This document shows positions 60,288 through 64,000 of a stretch of 64,000 bases of DNA, piece by piece. A program made the position numbers and the translations under genes. Position 1 is the first letter of the stretch; every line of letters begins with the position of its first letter. The notes under the pieces are model-generated. The model made no database searches. It was not told the origin of the DNA and was given only the letters and a program-made list of their open reading frames with translations. The stretch lies in the sequence record NC_016571.1; one strand, written 5' to 3'.

Positions 60288-62408
60288 ATGAGCAAGCAAA
60301 CTAAACAAGTTAACCAAATCAAACCGAATACCGCAGGTGTGGCTATCGGGATGAACGCAAACCGAGTGACTAACTCGTCAGCACGTCTGTACATGCTGGG
60401 TAAGAACCAGGGCAAGGCCGCTGTGATTTGGGGAAGTACTAACCGCAAATACAGTTCCGGTGATGAACAAGAGTATGCGGCAACTGCTCGTAAAGTAGAG
60501 GTCGACTCTGATGTAGAAGTCGAAGAGATCTTCTTTGTTAAGAACGTTCTTAACGATAAGGAACCAAACCTCTGGGGAACATATCAAGTCGTTGTTAAAG
60601 ACCTTGAGACGGGTTATTACGACGTGATTGAAATGCCTAAGTTCAACGCTCAAAATATGGACCTCGGTTTCGAGTACCATTATGACAATGACCTTATGCG
60701 TAAGCTGGTGAAAGGAGCAAGATTCTCCCGTGGTACGATCTTTGCAACATCTGCTCGTATCAGTGAGAGTAATGAATGGTGTCCTGGGGTTCAGACTATG
60801 GTCGCGGCAATGTCGCATGCCTATACTGAAGAGGACGCCGTCGTTATCTTTGACCATTATGCCAAGAAGATCGGTGTAACGTTCAAACGTAGTTTTGATC
60901 ACCAGTGGAATGAAGACGAATACGTTCCTCTTAACTTGTATAGTGACGATCCTGATAATCCACAGATGTGTCCGTTGTCTGGACAACGTGTGCGAGATGA
61001 CGGTATCGTAATGGGCTTCCGCCGTAAAGATGCAGATGCAGCTATGGCGAGTATGACCAAGAAAGCACTTATGACCCCAGATCCAATTTATGATACTCTC
61101 TTCTATGCAGCTCCCGGCTGTATCGTGGCAGACATCTTAGTTGAGACTGAACGTTATAAGAACCTGTCCAACAACAAGCGTGCTGAAAAGCGTTCACAAC
61201 CTCATACACGTATTCTGGAGCGTTTAGAGGAAGAACAGAACGCCTTCGCTAACTCCATTGTGAAATGGTATCGCGATAAGCAGCGTCAGTATCTGGATAA
61301 ACGCCCACCACTGACCAAGGCATTATGGAACCTTATTATGTTCCAGGGTCAAGGTGCGATCACCCGTGACTTTACCACACCAAGCAGCAACGGTAAGTTC
61401 ACCAAGATCAAACGTAAGATGGGTAACATCCAGCTGAAAGACTGGCGCGTTCAGATCTTCCTTAAAGAAGATGTGGAAGGCAAAGTTCGTTTCAAGAACA
61501 CTGGTATGGACGGTAACAAATCTGTAATCATGAAGATCCTCCCAAGCTCTATGGCACCGGTAGATGATCATGGTAATATGGCGGATATGATCGTGGGTAA
61601 CACCCCTGGATTCCGTCGTCAGATTTATAGTTCGTTTATCGAACTGGATGTGAACTTTATCAACATCCACCTTTATCCTAAGATCGTTGAAGCATACGAG
61701 AAAAAGGAATACGACAAGGCATTCAAAATTGCTCGTGACTTCTATGACACCGTCTCCCCTGAACAAGCGGCGATGCTGGACGAGTTGGACGAGAAAGGAC
61801 GAATGAGTCACCTTCATTGGATCATGAAGGATGAAAACGAATTTGCAGCACTGGGTAACAATACCAATGACCTGCAAGGCGTTAAGATTGTCGAACGTTT
61901 GGTCGATAACTATCCTGAGATCCAACCAACACCTGTAACTTATATGAACGAGTTCGGAGAACAAATCCGTACCCGTCACCCAATCGTGATTAGTTCCGTC
62001 TATTATATCATGTTGGATAAGTTCGGTGATGATATCTCTTGTCAGTCCACTCCGAAACTGAACATCTTCGGCTTACCGACCTCGTTGTCGAAACATGAGC
62101 GAGCCCGTGATTTCTATCGTGCAACTCTGAACCGAAATGTGGGTGAAACTGAAGGTCGTCTGTATATCAACCAGAAAGGCGGCGCAGCTGCTGTTCGTAT
62201 CCTGGCTCTGGCTAACTCCGCTGAGTTACTGGAGGAATCGGTTAAGCGCTTAATCCGTGCAGATAACCCATTCACTATCGAGCGTCTGGTTTATCCTGGT
62301 GAAGAGAAGAACAACCACTCTCTCCAGGTTATCGATAGCATGTTGTCCGACTTTGGCTTAGTATTAAGGAAAGAAAGTGAAGAAGATAAAACTCCGGGAA
62401 TTTGCTAA
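60288..62408 (+). CDS. non-virion RNA polymerase beta C-terminal subunit (phiKZ gp71-73-like)
   Basis: YTEEDAVVI, GMDGNKSVI, YYIMLDK and VGETEGR beta-subunit motifs. Confidence 0.85.
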   Translation: MSKQTKQVNQIKPNTAGVAIGMNANRVTNSSARLYMLGKNQGKAAVIWGSTNRKYSSGDEQEYAATARKVEVDSDVEVEEIFFVKNVLNDKEPNLWGTYQVVVKDLETGYYDVIEMPKFNAQNMDLGFEYHYDNDLMRKLVKGARFSRGTIFATSARISESNEWCPGVQTMVAAMSHAYTEEDAVVIFDHYAKKIGVTFKRSFDHQWNEDEYVPLNLYSDDPDNPQMCPLSGQRVRDDGIVMGFRRKDADAAMASMTKKALMTPDPIYDTLFYAAPGCIVADILVETERYKNLSNNKRAEKRSQPHTRILERLEEEQNAFANSIVKWYRDKQRQYLDKRPPLTKALWNLIMFQGQGAITRDFTTPSSNGKFTKIKRKMGNIQLKDWRVQIFLKEDVEGKVRFKNTGMDGNKSVIMKILPSSMAPVDDHGNMADMIVGNTPGFRRQIYSSFIELDVNFINIHLYPKIVEAYEKKEYDKAFKIARDFYDTVSPEQAAMLDELDEKGRMSHLHWIMKDENEFAALGNNTNDLQGVKIVERLVDNYPEIQPTPVTYMNEFGEQIRTRHPIVISSVYYIMLDKFGDDISCQSTPKLNIFGLPTSLSKHERARDFYRATLNRNVGETEGRLYINQKGGAAAVRILALANSAELLEESVKRLIRADNPFTIERLVYPGEEKNNHSLQVIDSMLSDFGLVLRKESEEDKTPGIC

Positions 62409-64000
62409 TCTCTCTTGTCTCTCCATGCTTCAGTTCACTGAACGTCGAGTGAAGATTGAGGTTATGGACGATCAGGAACAAACGGTTGTCACCGATACAT
62501 GGATGATGGCCCTAACCTGGTTCAGTCTCGTAGTACATCGTCACTTCAATAAAGAACCGTATCATATCGATGAGGTTGCAATACTTAAGTCGGAGAAAGG
62601 TCGTCAGGCATTTGTTGATGACAACTTACTTAAGAAACCAATCGATAACTTCCTGGGTCGTTTAATGCCCCAGTATGATGATCCGGTCTTCTATGACTTT
62701 GTTAAACAATTGGTGTTTACTTGGCACAACCAGGTTCACAACTATATGTGTATCAAGTCTGAAGATGCAGTAGTGTCTGCACGTGCAGTTGATATCGTTC
62801 ACGTATATCGTCATCCTAAGGTTGCTGACCTGAAGAAGCGAGTGCGTGAGCGTACAACGAATCTGGCTGATGCAGGTAAAGAGTTCGAGCAGATCATGAT
62901 GACGGAACCGGAATTCGATAAATCCGTATTTGGTCTCCTGTATCGTACTCGTTCGGTATCTTCTATTCAGTCGTTCCAGTTGGTGATTGCTCGAGGTGAC
63001 GTATTCGACCTGAACAACGTTATCTTACCAAACACCGTAATGACGTCTTATGCTGATGGTATCACAAACCTGGCTGACTCATTAGGGGACTCCAAAGGTG
63101 CTGGGTTCTCACTTATCAGTAACGGCTCTGCACTACAGGACTCCGAGTGGTTCCATAAAAAGATCCACAACGTTTCCCAAGTTGTTCAATCTGTTCAGTA
63201 TCAGACGGACTGTGGTTCTCAAATAGGACCTATCCTGAAGATTATCAGCAAGGAGTTTAAGAAGTCCCTGGCTGGTCGTTGGCGTATATTAGAAGACGGC
63301 TCCAATGAGCTTCTGATTGGTCCAGCACTGGATAAGATCGAAACCGGTGACGTAATCCAGATTCGTGATGTGGCTTGGTGTCATCTTTCTCATAAAGGTA
63401 AACCATGTTCTAAGTGTTTCGGTAAAATGGAATCAGCTTTACCATATAACCCGTACACGAAGAAATCAGCAGTTCCAGGTTTGTTCTATGGTTCAACATT
63501 TGCTGAACCTATCGGACAGTCTATCCTGAAAACTAAGCACCGTATCGGATCCGCAACATCCGTAGGGTTCAAGGTGCAACGTCAGGATATGGATTATATT
63601 ACCACGGATGAAGCAGGTGACTTCATTTACTTCAAGAAGGATATCTTGAACGAAGATGCCGATCCATACATTATCCTGGATAAAGAAACTCAACAGGACT
63701 TCTCTGACTTCCAATTCATGGATAGCTTAGATGACCTGGACACAACTCGTCTGCGTACTTATGAGACGATTAAGTTGCGCGTCAATATCGTTAACCCAAT
63801 GTTCGATGACAGAAAGGCAACACACTTCCCGATTCTTACCACAACGGTCGCATCTCGTGATGCTCGTATGACTAAGACACTGGTTGAGTATCTGCTTTCT
63901 AAGAACATGGAAGAAGAAGGTCGTACCTTTAAGATCAGTCTGAAAGACTATGATTTCAAAGAGCCTGCTTTTGAACTTCCTCAGGTTAACGAAGATCTGG
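62377..64000 (+). CDS. non-virion RNA polymerase beta-prime C-terminal subunit (phiKZ gp74-like), truncated by the window end
   Basis: GTG 62377 after AAGGA, frame read as open to the end (ends ...ELPQVNEDL); DCGS, IRDVAWC...CSKCFG and EPIGQSILKTKH motifs; absent from the ORF track because it has no stop. Confidence 0.85.
   Translation, partial: MKKIKLREFANLSCLSMLQFTERRVKIEVMDDQEQTVVTDTWMMALTWFSLVVHRHFNKEPYHIDEVAILKSEKGRQAFVDDNLLKKPIDNFLGRLMPQYDDPVFYDFVKQLVFTWHNQVHNYMCIKSEDAVVSARAVDIVHVYRHPKVADLKKRVRERTTNLADAGKEFEQIMMTEPEFDKSVFGLLYRTRSVSSIQSFQLVIARGDVFDLNNVILPNTVMTSYADGITNLADSLGDSKGAGFSLISNGSALQDSEWFHKKIHNVSQVVQSVQYQTDCGSQIGPILKIISKEFKKSLAGRWRILEDGSNELLIGPALDKIETGDVIQIRDVAWCHLSHKGKPCSKCFGKMESALPYNPYTKKSAVPGLFYGSTFAEPIGQSILKTKHRIGSATSVGFKVQRQDMDYITTDEAGDFIYFKKDILNEDADPYIILDKETQQDFSDFQFMDSLDDLDTTRLRTYETIKLRVNIVNPMFDDRKATHFPILTTTVASRDARMTKTLVEYLLSKNMEEEGRTFKISLKDYDFKEPAFELPQVNEDL

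Noticed and set aside
47348-62408. self-splicing introns or homing endonucleases in nvRNAP genes as in phiKZ
   Set aside because: both subunits are single uninterrupted ORFs with no HNH, LAGLIDADG or intein motifs seen

Overview
This window is a segment of a nucleus-forming jumbo phage genome (phiKZ-like, Chimalliviridae). The host is probably an enterobacterium, judged from E. coli-like tRNAs. Order of content: tail tube and sheath, baseplate/virion genes, terminase large subunit and thymidylate kinase (1-14.5 kb); a largely non-coding minus-strand island (14.5-19 kb); about 18 kb of small hypothetical early genes; then the conserved core block (PhuZ tubulin, family-B DNA polymerase, chimallin, non-virion RNA polymerase subunits, SbcD/Mre11 nuclease, ChmC-like and PicA-like genes). 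The island is the most unusual part. It holds a ~1 kb hairpin-dense non-coding region with a complete type I hammerhead ribozyme, four tRNAs, tRNA-like relics, a Tad2-like gene and three copies of a structured 40-bp repeat. A Tad1-like and Acb1-like anti-defence pair is inserted in the core block. Protein assignments rest on remembered motifs and synteny, and RNA structures were folded by eye; no database search was run.
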